Made by a program: the position numbers and the translations under genes. A stretch of DNA of 64,000 nucleotides from positions 6,036 to 70,035 of the forward strand of contig CAYPCN010000002.1 of NCBI GenBank assembly GCA_964409235.1, in the 5' to 3' direction. Below are positions 40,205 to 48,357 of this stretch, piece after piece. Origin of the DNA: an uncultured bacterium. Lineage in GTDB: Bacteria; Chlamydiota; Chlamydiia; Chlamydiales; FEN-1388. Every line of letters begins with the position of its first letter. Within the stretch, counting starts at the first letter, position 1. The notes under the pieces were generated by a model. The model saw nothing but the letters and a program-made list of their open reading frames with translations, did not search any database and was not told the origin of the DNA.

Positions 40205-40684
40205 TTACGATCGTGGGGTGACGCGCGATCGACCTTGGTGGCTGACCATCAGCCATACCTTCTGCCCGACGCCCATCATTGGATCTGGGCCTTGAACAAC
40301 GGTCTTTGACTCACCATTTTCTAGTGCCACGACGTATTCCATGGCATTTTGAGTTTTCAAAGCCTTCTCAGCATACGCACCGGCGACAGCACCAGCAACC
40401 GCTCCGCCAACAGTGGCCAGCGTATTCCCCTCGCCCTTGCCAATTTTTGAGCCAAGGTAGGCTCCTCCCACTCCACCGCCAATAATGCCCAGAGGGTTTT
40501 CCTCTAAATATTCCTTGTCTTCAACCGTCACTTGACGCGCACTGATGATCACGCCTGGATAGGTGGATGAAGTTTCTCCAACAGCCGAACCAGAATAGAC
40601 ATTCGAAGAGATTTGGCGCGCACAGCCACCAGCAATCAGGGCGGCCACACAGCCAATGCATACAAGTACTTTAGTATGACTCAT
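40205..40684 (-). CDS. Glycine-zipper (SlyB / 17-kDa-antigen-like) outer-membrane lipoprotein
   Basis: Lipobox MSHTKVLVCIGCVAALIAGGC. Glycine zipper GGGVGGAYLGSKIG...VGGAVAGAVAGAY. AAGGAG RBS before the ATG at 40684. Confidence 0.75.
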   Translation of the reverse strand: MSHTKVLVCIGCVAALIAGGCARQISSNVYSGSAVGETSSTYPGVIISARQVTVEDKEYLEENPLGIIGGGVGGAYLGSKIGKGEGNTLATVGGAVAGAVAGAYAEKALKTQNAMEYVVALENGESKTVVQGPDPMMGVGQKVWLMVSHQGRSRVTPRS

Positions 40685-40729
40685 ACAAAAACTCCTTATT
40701 AGATACGCCATATCTCCCATGGCTTTACA

Positions 40730-41593
40730 TTATAATTTTTTTGCCGTGTTATTTTCCATCGTTGCGCGATACCTTTCTTGGCACGATTTGAAAACAGGCA
40801 TCAGCTCAGGGCATGCAGACTCCAACCAAGATTGGAGAGGTTTCAGCCTATTGAGATCGTGGAGCGTTTGCCTCTTCCGATCTGAGAGCTGGCATAGCTT
40901 CCCTGTATCAAGCAAGGTCGCCTTGCCATCGACGAACCCAACATTGCCATTTCGAATGAGCGACCCATCTCTGTCCACCACCCCCTTCTCTCGGCACACG
41001 GTCAGCAACGTAAACAGAGATTCAAGGCGAGCTGCAGCCTCTTTGACGTTGCGTTCTGCCAGCAAGCGCATGAGCGTTTGTTTGAATGGCTGTGCTTTCT
41101 TTTGGAAGATAAAAGGGACATCCTGCAACGCAATTTTTTCGACCTTGCCTCGTTCCGTTAACACCGTCACAGTGGGTACCTTCAATGAGTGCGGCCCACA
41201 GACACAGGCGACAACGCCTGTTTCTCCCGGCAGCACCGTCCGGGCGAGGACAGCCCCCATCATGTATTCTTCGAGTTGTTTTCGCTTTTTCTTTTTGTCG
41301 GATTTCTTAAAAAGCTTGAGCACGTACTTTCCATCAGATGTCTCATAGGCCACGCACTGTTTCCCTTCGCCCAGGAAAAACAGAGGTTGCCCGAAGAGGG
41401 GCCGAAGGGCATCTAGAGAGACAGCAGGCGCTGTTTCTTTGAAAGTAACGTCCTTGAAATGGCACAGGGAATGCGAAGAGAACAGGCGCGCCTGCCTCGA
41501 TCGGAACTTCTGCCATTTGATCACAGCAAAACAACCCAAGACCGCAAGAAAGAGTATGGTCAGAAAGGCCGCCGGCCGACGTACACATGTCAT
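40730..41593 (-). CDS. Membrane-anchored protein-kinase-fold protein (Kdo/WaaP-like or atypical kinase), paralog 1
   Basis: N-terminal TM segment. Gly-loop LGEGKQCVAYE, Lys in YVLKLF, catalytic-loop-like VVDRDGSLIRNGNVG and DFG-like LLDTG. Aligns with the protein at 44101-45054. Confidence 0.55.
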   Translation of the reverse strand: MTCVRRPAAFLTILFLAVLGCFAVIKWQKFRSRQARLFSSHSLCHFKDVTFKETAPAVSLDALRPLFGQPLFFLGEGKQCVAYETSDGKYVLKLFKKSDKKKKRKQLEEYMMGAVLARTVLPGETGVVACVCGPHSLKVPTVTVLTERGKVEKIALQDVPFIFQKKAQPFKQTLMRLLAERNVKEAAARLESLFTLLTVCREKGVVDRDGSLIRNGNVGFVDGKATLLDTGKLCQLSDRKRQTLHDLNRLKPLQSWLESACPELMPVFKSCQERYRATMENNTAKKL

Positions 41594-41613
41594 AGAGAGA
41601 CTCCTCCATAAAT

Positions 41614-41736
41614 GAGCCCTTCTATGCTATCATCGAGACCGGTATCGGTGCAAGATGGAGAGAGTAGGATCTTTTCGGCCGAATCTACCCAAACCCTCCC
41701 ACTTCTCCTCCTCAAACCCTGCATCGCACATGGCTC
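41614..41736. repeat. Repeat element (internal module inverted relative to the copy at 60347)
   Basis: GGAGAGAGTAGGATCTTTTCGGCCGAATCTACCCAAACCCTCCCACTTCTCCTC matches the reverse complement of 60371-60426. It ends in GCATCGCACATGGCTC. Confidence 0.7.
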
Positions 41737-41796
41737 AACTTGCTCGAAATCTCTCTCTGTGTGAGACTATCTTCGCGTGACAGTTGAGGATTTTGT

Positions 41797-42243
41797 ATGA
41801 TTATCGAGCCGCTTGGCCAAGTACCAAAGTATTTTCCTCTCCATCCTCTCTTCGAGAAGGCATATGAATTTTGCTGCATTGCTGAACGCCATGGCATGCC
41901 AGAAGGAGAGTTTCATATTGAAGGCGATCGGCTCATCGCCATTGTCTCCACAGGAGATAGGGAAGGAGGCTCTCACCTTGAAGCTCACAGGCGCTATATC
42001 GACATGCAATATATCATGAGCGGCACTGACTGCATAGGATGGAGATCGACAGCAACATGCCAAGATATCGTGAGCGCCTACTCAAAAGAACAGGATAACA
42101 TCTTCTTCGGCGATGAGCCTGCCTCTTGGATTGAAATACAAGCCGGCTGCTGCGTTCTTTTGTTCCCAAATGATGCCCATATGTCTCGATATGGAGAGAG
42201 GGCCGGAAAGAAAATTATTCTTAAAATTGGCATCGAACTGTGA
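41797..42243 (+). CDS. YhcH/YjgK/YiaL (DUF386) family protein
   Basis: 148 aa with family-typical features: GEFHIEGDRLIAIV, EAHRRYIDMQYIMSG and FFPNDAH. GAGGA RBS. Confidence 0.75.
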   Translation: MIIEPLGQVPKYFPLHPLFEKAYEFCCIAERHGMPEGEFHIEGDRLIAIVSTGDREGGSHLEAHRRYIDMQYIMSGTDCIGWRSTATCQDIVSAYSKEQDNIFFGDEPASWIEIQAGCCVLLFPNDAHMSRYGERAGKKIILKIGIEL

Positions 42244-44198
42244 AACGACTCGTACAAATCGCGTTTTCCAAGGTAGCATACCGGTACCTTCTTCTCTTCA
42301 CTCTCATCTCTGCCTTAGGCTTTACAATTGCTACACAGCTGAAGATGTTTTCTCTTGGCATCATCACCAGAAAAGGACCAGATGCGTTTGAGCTGTTTGG
42401 GACCGGCCATCGGCCTACCACCATCAGCCATGACCAACTCACAGCGCGATGGCAGGAGTTGGATAAAGCCGGAAAAGGCACGATCGATCGCGATGATGTT
42501 GCCCTCTATATGGAAACCCACCACAAAGAGGGAATTATCGATCGAGGAATCGCCACCATCAGCCGATACTTCCCCTTAGATACAAATATCTGGGCTCTTG
42601 TGAGCGTCATTCTTTCTATCGCCTTCTTTGAAGCCATCACCCTTTTTGCCTACCGCTTTGGCACGAAGATCTTTGCCATCAGAATTGGCAAAGACATTCG
42701 CCAACAATATTTTGAACATATTCAATCGCTACCGATGAGCTTTTATCAGAGTCATAATATCGGTGCGCTTTCATCGCGCGCGGTCAACGATGCGTATATA
42801 ATTGCCGATGGCATTAATTCGATGCTCATCAACTATTTCCAAACCCCCTTTGCGCTTGTCTCGACCTTAGGCCTCTGTTTTGCTATCTCATGGCGCCTGT
42901 CCTGCGTTGTCTTCATTGGGCTGCCCATGTTGATAGGCCCTATTGTCTTTATCGCACGACGTATTCGACGACTTTCCCGGCAATTGCAGAAAAAACAGGA
43001 GGCGTTCGCATCAGTCCTTGTAGAGTTCTTAAGTGGGGTGCAAACCATCAAACTGTTTGCCATGGAGGACTTCTCCCTCAAAAAATACAAAGAAAACAAT
43101 GATGCCATGGCAGCGCTCGAGATCAGAAATGCCCGATATGATATTAGCTCGCGGCCAGTCCTGCACATGATCGCCATGGTCTTCCTCGCCACGACGCTCC
43201 TCTTCGGCCTATGGGGACTTCGCCTACCGCTGCATGAAGTGCTTTTTTTCTGTGGGCTTCTCTCTGCCGTCTATGAGCCCATCAAAAAATTCGCCGAAGA
43301 AAACGGTCGGATTCAACGCGGGGTCGCCGCCTGTGATCGGCTGTACGAAGTCTTAGATCTCCATCCATCGATTCAGGATGAGAAAAATGCTAGAGGGGAG
43401 ATTTCCTTTTCACATGCCGTGACCTTTGAAAACGTCACCTTTGGCTACGGCCAGGATCAGATAGTTCTTTCCTCGGTTTCATTTGAAGTGAAACGGGGAG
43501 AGATGGTCGCGATCGTCGGCCCGACAGGGGGTGGAAAATCCACGATCGTCTCCCTCTTTACCCGTTTGTTTGAGCCCCAAGATGGCGTCATTTCGATTGA
43601 CGGGGTTCCCATCCAACAGATCTCGCAAAAATCGCTGCGTGAATTTTTCGCCGTCGTCCCCCAAAAACCATTTCTCTTCCACGACACCGTTCGAGAGAAC
43701 ATCTGCTTTGGGCGAGCCTTTAGCGATGAAGCCGTGCGCTATGCCGCACGCCAAGCTCATGCTGAAGAGTTTATCTGCGCGCTTCCCCATGGCTATGACA
43801 CCTTCCTTGCTGAGGCTGGGAAGACGCTGTCAGGGGGTCAGCAGCAGCGGTTAGCCATTGCTCGCGCCCTTATCAAACAATCCCCTATCCTCGTGCTCGA
43901 TGAAGCCACGTCAGCACTTGACCCTGCCAGCGAGCTCCAGATAAAACTCGCTCTCAAGGAACTGAAAGGGACGTTTACGCAGATCGTCATTGCTCATCGG
44001 CTGTCAACGATCGAGAACGCCGACCGTATTATCGTGATCGAAGGAGGGAAAAAGGTCGGCGATGGCACTAAAGAAGAACTACTGCAAACATGTCCTACGT
44101 TCAGGCGTCTTTGGATGCCGCATCTGTCTTCATCTCACGATGAAGGAGTTCTTTCTTCTGGATGTAATGAGACCACAGTTCAGGATACGACGCTTTAA
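42240..44198 (+). CDS. ABC transporter permease/ATPase, MsbA-like lipid exporter
   Basis: Six-TM domain followed by Walker A GPTGGGKST, signature LSGGQQQR and Walker B ILVLDEATSALD. GTGA overlap with the yhcH-like stop. Confidence 0.88.
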   Translation: MKRLVQIAFSKVAYRYLLLFTLISALGFTIATQLKMFSLGIITRKGPDAFELFGTGHRPTTISHDQLTARWQELDKAGKGTIDRDDVALYMETHHKEGIIDRGIATISRYFPLDTNIWALVSVILSIAFFEAITLFAYRFGTKIFAIRIGKDIRQQYFEHIQSLPMSFYQSHNIGALSSRAVNDAYIIADGINSMLINYFQTPFALVSTLGLCFAISWRLSCVVFIGLPMLIGPIVFIARRIRRLSRQLQKKQEAFASVLVEFLSGVQTIKLFAMEDFSLKKYKENNDAMAALEIRNARYDISSRPVLHMIAMVFLATTLLFGLWGLRLPLHEVLFFCGLLSAVYEPIKKFAEENGRIQRGVAACDRLYEVLDLHPSIQDEKNARGEISFSHAVTFENVTFGYGQDQIVLSSVSFEVKRGEMVAIVGPTGGGKSTIVSLFTRLFEPQDGVISIDGVPIQQISQKSLREFFAVVPQKPFLFHDTVRENICFGRAFSDEAVRYAARQAHAEEFICALPHGYDTFLAEAGKTLSGGQQQRLAIARALIKQSPILVLDEATSALDPASELQIKLALKELKGTFTQIVIAHRLSTIENADRIIVIEGGKKVGDGTKEELLQTCPTFRRLWMPHLSSSHDEGVLSSGCNETTVQDTTL

Positions 44199-45054
44199 GC
44201 CAGCGTTCGAGCGGCATAAGCCGCAGGTGGGTTTCGTACCGCATCCGCTCCTTGACATCTAGGTTTTTGGCACGGAAGAAATGCCAGGTATCCATATAAA
44301 TAGCCCGGTCTTCAGTACACCCGATATTGTTGTTTGAGATGAGGTTGTCGTCTCCATCGACGAACCCTTTGCGGGCCAGCGATAGCAAGAGCTCGAACAC
44401 TTGATCAACACGTGCTTTTGCCTCGTCGACTTTCCCAGCATCCATAAGCTCAGTGAGACAAAGGATCAGCGGGGTTGCCTTCTTCTGCACGACAAAGCAG
44501 GTGTCATCGCCGCACACACGCTGCGACTGACCGTAACTATCGATTAATTTCAGACCGTGAATCTTTGCTTTCGTCCGGTTTAAGTGGACATAGATCACCC
44601 CTGTCTCTTCCTGCAGTTCATCAAAGCAGACTCTCGAGCTCATGAAGATGTCTTCGAATTTATTCATCTTCTTTCGGCGTGGTGCAGATTTTGTCCACAG
44701 CCGATCAAGCCATCCCTTCTTTTGGACGGGCTGGAAGTTGTTCAGATGAATAAACTTCACAACGTATTTTTCATCTGTGGTGCAGAAGATATACGAATGC
44801 TGCCCCTTGCCCATCCAGCGCAAAGCCTGTTGAGAGACCACGTAAAAAAATCGATCGTGATCTGGCGAAAGGCGTACCTCCCAATCTGCTCGTGAGTCCA
44901 TTGAAGACTCGATATATTTGAGATTGAACAGCCGAGAAGGCCGCGCAATCTGTTCTAATCGCTTGTCGATCATCTGACCCTTGACAATCAAAAAGACCAG
45001 CATGAGCGTGAATATTCCCCCAAACAGCACCTGAGAGAAAGTTTTGATATTCAT
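44101..45054 (-). CDS. Membrane-anchored protein-kinase-fold protein, paralog 2
   Basis: TM segment FGGIFTLMLVFLIV. MGKGQHSYIFC, YVVKFI, FVDGDDNLISNNNIG and YMDTW align with paralog 1. The 3' end overlaps the msbA-like 3' end by 98 nt. Confidence 0.55.
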   Translation of the reverse strand: MNIKTFSQVLFGGIFTLMLVFLIVKGQMIDKRLEQIARPSRLFNLKYIESSMDSRADWEVRLSPDHDRFFYVVSQQALRWMGKGQHSYIFCTTDEKYVVKFIHLNNFQPVQKKGWLDRLWTKSAPRRKKMNKFEDIFMSSRVCFDELQEETGVIYVHLNRTKAKIHGLKLIDSYGQSQRVCGDDTCFVVQKKATPLILCLTELMDAGKVDEAKARVDQVFELLLSLARKGFVDGDDNLISNNNIGCTEDRAIYMDTWHFFRAKNLDVKERMRYETHLRLMPLERWLKASYPELWSHYIQKKELLHREMKTDAASKDA

Positions 45055-45231
45055 ATAGATCACCGCATTCAAAATCGTGGACAAAGCATACTATGTTACA
45101 CTTCTACGATTTTTCGTCCTAGGCTCTCCAAATGGAGTGTTCAACGCAAAGTAAAAATGTCCCATTCTCGAGCAAAATAGCCATCTCAGATACAATACCA
45201 GCATCTAGCAGACGCATGCGATGGAAGCCAT

Positions 45232-46392
45232 ATGAAAAAGCTACTACTTCTCTTTCTGCCCATTCTCCTCCTCGGAGCTATCTCATGGATGATCGAGCTA
45301 TCCCGTGATTCTTCCCTTCATCCTCCAGCCCTTTCCAGACACGTCTTTGATCGCTCCATAGGAATGCGAGCGTTTAGCAAGAGGTTTCTCCTCCACCGTC
45401 CCCTCGATCAACACATCCGCAAGGTCGCTCACCAGCTCATAGCACGCCGAAACAAAGAATGGACCCCAACTGCTGCCTCTTCCATCCCCAAGCACATTCA
45501 TCAATTTTGGTTCTCAGACGACCCTCTGCCCGACGATCTTGCCCGTTCAGTACGGCTGGTCCAGCAGCAGCATCCAGAATTTCAATACACCCTGTGGGGG
45601 TATCAAGAGATACAAGCCCTTTTGCACGAGCTGCTAGGACCTCAAAGTCTATCTCTTCCCCAGGCGATTCTCAGGGACATCGCCGCTGCTGCGGTACTCT
45701 GGAACGACGGAGGCGTGGCCATTGACCTTGAAGCCGAATGCGTCCATCCCATCACTTCCTTGCTGACGCTCGGCGACTGCCTTATTGGCTTTGAACCTCC
45801 GCTTCCAAAGGCACAATGGAAACGAAGGCTGTTTCTTAGTCCTTCTGTTCTTGCTGCACGCCCTCACCATCCTCTCATTCAAGCATATCTTGCTGAAATG
45901 ATCCGCAGAGTACAGAGCGGTCAGGAAGAGCACGAAATGATTGATGCGCAATGGGTGTCAGAAGAAGCTCTGACAGGCGTGGTCGCCAAGCTTGGCTTGG
46001 AGATGGGCGCTCCTCTTCTTCTCGGACCAACGTATTTTTGTCCAGTCAGCCCATCACACATTCGACATCTGAAACGAGTGTTGGACAGGGAGGTGCGGCG
46101 GTCATCAGTGCAAAAAATTCTACAAGCACTTCATATCACGTCAATTCCCGCATACTCTAATGTCACGAGGGAGACAATCTTCGTTCACATGGCAGGAGGC
46201 CGAATGTCCAAAGAGGCACATGTGTACGACCCCATCACTGGGTTGGAAAGGCAAGGCAGCCAAGATGGTATGACGGTCGACGAATCAAGTACCCTCGACC
46301 AGTATCCTACATTAGCCACAGCGACTAGTCGCTTCGAAAAGGAAAGTGAGGCGAAGGAAAAGGTTTTTGAGACAAATGAAGAAAGTTGGTAA
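45232..46392 (+). CDS. DXD-motif glycosyltransferase (GT32 / Gly_transf_sug-like), N-terminal anchor
   Basis: IPKHIHQFWFSDDPLP and GGVAIDLEAE occupy the positions of the family's sugar-binding and DXD motifs. N-terminal hydrophobic segment present. Confidence 0.65.
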   Translation: MKKLLLLFLPILLLGAISWMIELSRDSSLHPPALSRHVFDRSIGMRAFSKRFLLHRPLDQHIRKVAHQLIARRNKEWTPTAASSIPKHIHQFWFSDDPLPDDLARSVRLVQQQHPEFQYTLWGYQEIQALLHELLGPQSLSLPQAILRDIAAAAVLWNDGGVAIDLEAECVHPITSLLTLGDCLIGFEPPLPKAQWKRRLFLSPSVLAARPHHPLIQAYLAEMIRRVQSGQEEHEMIDAQWVSEEALTGVVAKLGLEMGAPLLLGPTYFCPVSPSHIRHLKRVLDREVRRSSVQKILQALHITSIPAYSNVTRETIFVHMAGGRMSKEAHVYDPITGLERQGSQDGMTVDESSTLDQYPTLATATSRFEKESEAKEKVFETNEESW

Positions 46393-46426
46393 TCTTGCGG
46401 AAAAATCTTTTGCAGAAGGGACAACA

Positions 46427-47650
46427 ATGAGAAACGTTGCTTTGAAGAGAGTTTCAGCGGTGTTGCTCAGCCTATGTGCGCTGTGCATTCTTGTCCTCGT
46501 TGGGTGTAAGGAACAAAAAAAGGAGCGGCTTGGATGTTTGGCACCAATCACCGAATTGCCGTTCGACGAGTCAATGGGCAAATCTGAATCAGATTTTCGT
46601 TTTATCTTTGTCAATAGCGACGACGCTGCTCGCTACACCAAAACAAAGACGCTCTATGAAAAAAATCTGCCCTCGAAGGTTGCTCCAGGGCAAAATCCGA
46701 GAATTCCGAAGATCATCCACCAAATTTGGCTTGGCCCCAATCTTCCTCCACCATACTTCGCCGAATTTCAAGCCAAGATCAAAGCTCTCCACCCAGATTG
46801 GGAATACCACCTGTGGAATGAAGCAGAGCTCGAAGAGCTTAAGCTAGAAAACTGGGATATTGTAGAGCGGTCTCCAAATTGGGCAGAAAAATCCGACGTC
46901 ATTCGTTGCGACCTTCTCGACCGTTTCGGCGGTGTCTATATGGATGTCGATATGGATGTCCGGCATTCCTTAAACGAGCTTCATGAAAAGTACCATTTCT
47001 ATGCTGGCATGGAGCACCCTCACAAAATCGCTACCACCAACAATAGGGTGTGGGTTGGAATTTCGATCATGGCGTCATGCCCTGGCCACCCCATCATGAA
47101 AAATTGGAAACGCAGAATCCGCAACTGCTGGGATGAAGTCGACCTTCGCTTTTCATCACCCGTTGAAAGAGTCATCAACCACACATACTTCAACTTCACG
47201 CACGCCTTCATGCAAGAAGTGGACCAGCCGGGATATATCGATATGATTTTCCCAGCGACCTATTTCTACCCCATCTCGCCATCCTACGCCGCCAAACGTC
47301 GCAACAGTGGCCTTAGAGCATGGAGAGAGACGCTGTATGACTTCCTCGAAAAGATCAATCTCAAAAAACCGCGTCCCTTCTCACGCATATACCCAGAGAC
47401 CATTGCCGTGCACTATTGGGGAAATTCTTGGCTTCCTGGAGTGGATGTACAATTGAAAGAACTACAACGGCTTGTTGATTCAGCGCGAAAAGACATGTAC
47501 AAAATGCAGCAAAAAGTTCGCATGATGGAACGTCGCTTGACGGCATCAGAGATCAAAGTTGCTGATATTCTAACGAACCACACCGACAAGAATAAGAAAT
47601 TTCAAGAGCCGGACAGTGAAGAGCTGGCTCCGATTGCAGCGTCCTTCTAG
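46427..47650 (+). CDS. DXD-motif glycosyltransferase (GT32-like), predicted lipoprotein
   Basis: Lipobox LVLVGC. IPKIIHQIWLGPNLPP, SDVIRCDLLDRFGGVYMDVDMD (DXD). C-terminal coiled-coil tail. Confidence 0.72.
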   Translation: MRNVALKRVSAVLLSLCALCILVLVGCKEQKKERLGCLAPITELPFDESMGKSESDFRFIFVNSDDAARYTKTKTLYEKNLPSKVAPGQNPRIPKIIHQIWLGPNLPPPYFAEFQAKIKALHPDWEYHLWNEAELEELKLENWDIVERSPNWAEKSDVIRCDLLDRFGGVYMDVDMDVRHSLNELHEKYHFYAGMEHPHKIATTNNRVWVGISIMASCPGHPIMKNWKRRIRNCWDEVDLRFSSPVERVINHTYFNFTHAFMQEVDQPGYIDMIFPATYFYPISPSYAAKRRNSGLRAWRETLYDFLEKINLKKPRPFSRIYPETIAVHYWGNSWLPGVDVQLKELQRLVDSARKDMYKMQQKVRMMERRLTASEIKVADILTNHTDKNKKFQEPDSEELAPIAASF

Positions 47651-47674
47651 TGTTGTCCCCCCATTCTCTTCTCT

Positions 47675-47706
47675 CCTTCACTTCTGTTGCGCAACAGAAG
47701 TGAAGG
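47675..47706. terminator. Perfect 32-nt palindrome, bidirectional terminator between convergent genes
   Basis: CCTTCACTTCTGTTGC|GCAACAGAAGTGAAGG, located between the stops at 47650 (+) and 47733 (-). Confidence 0.65.
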
Positions 47707-47732
47707 GGGAAGGGACCCTCCTCATACTAGCT

Positions 47733-48350
47733 TTACTTTCGAAATCGTGATATCGAGAAAAATTCTCTCAGGGATGGCCAGAGCTTCTCGCACGCTTTTC
47801 GACGGTGGGAAATCCTCGACAACACAGACTCCGGCAGTTCAGCCAGCGTTTTGTTGTATTCGTGCTTAATAAAGATTGATACAAAGTCAAACGAAGCAGG
47901 CCCGTGCTCAGAAGGGGCTATCATCCCCTCCATCCGTGCTGAGACTGTTTTCACCACTCTTTCAGGTGTGGCAAACGCCAAGGCGCATTCGAGGAAGGCA
48001 CTTCTATCCGCCTCCTCAACATGCTGTAAATCGGCGAAAATCTGTTTGGTGTCAGGAAGTCGCTTACCGGAGGGTTGTCGTTGCTTTCTTTGCAAGCTCT
48101 CTTGGTAACCGCCGAGCACCGGAATGACAAGACCCGATTCATCGGCGACACAGGGCATCTGTAAGGCCACTGCAGCAGAGAGAGCCTTGGCAGCCGCGTT
48201 CTCACCAAAGGACGCATGGTGAAAAGTTTCTGGATGAAAATGAGGAAAATCAAGCAAGGAACGGATCGAAACTTCGGGGAGCAGCTCGCGCAGAATACTT
48301 CTAAGCTCTCGAAGCTTGGAAGTATTGGTCGTTGCAATGATCAGGTCCAT
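47733..48350 (-). CDS. rdgB: RdgB/HAM1-family non-canonical purine NTP pyrophosphatase
   Basis: MDLIIATTNTSKLRELRSIL, FGENAAAKA, ADESGL and ISHRRKA. Confidence 0.8.
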   Translation of the reverse strand: MDLIIATTNTSKLRELRSILRELLPEVSIRSLLDFPHFHPETFHHASFGENAAAKALSAAVALQMPCVADESGLVIPVLGGYQESLQRKQRQPSGKRLPDTKQIFADLQHVEEADRSAFLECALAFATPERVVKTVSARMEGMIAPSEHGPASFDFVSIFIKHEYNKTLAELPESVLSRISHRRKACEKLWPSLREFFSISRFRK

Positions 48351-48357
48351 GATGCTG

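Noticed and set aside
42420-42530. EF-hand-like loop (DKAGKGTIDRDD) in an insertion within the first loop region of the MsbA-like protein
   Set aside because: Only positions 1, 6, 8 and 12 of the 12-residue Ca-binding consensus fit. Positions 3 and 5 are Ala and Lys, so this is probably a chance match.
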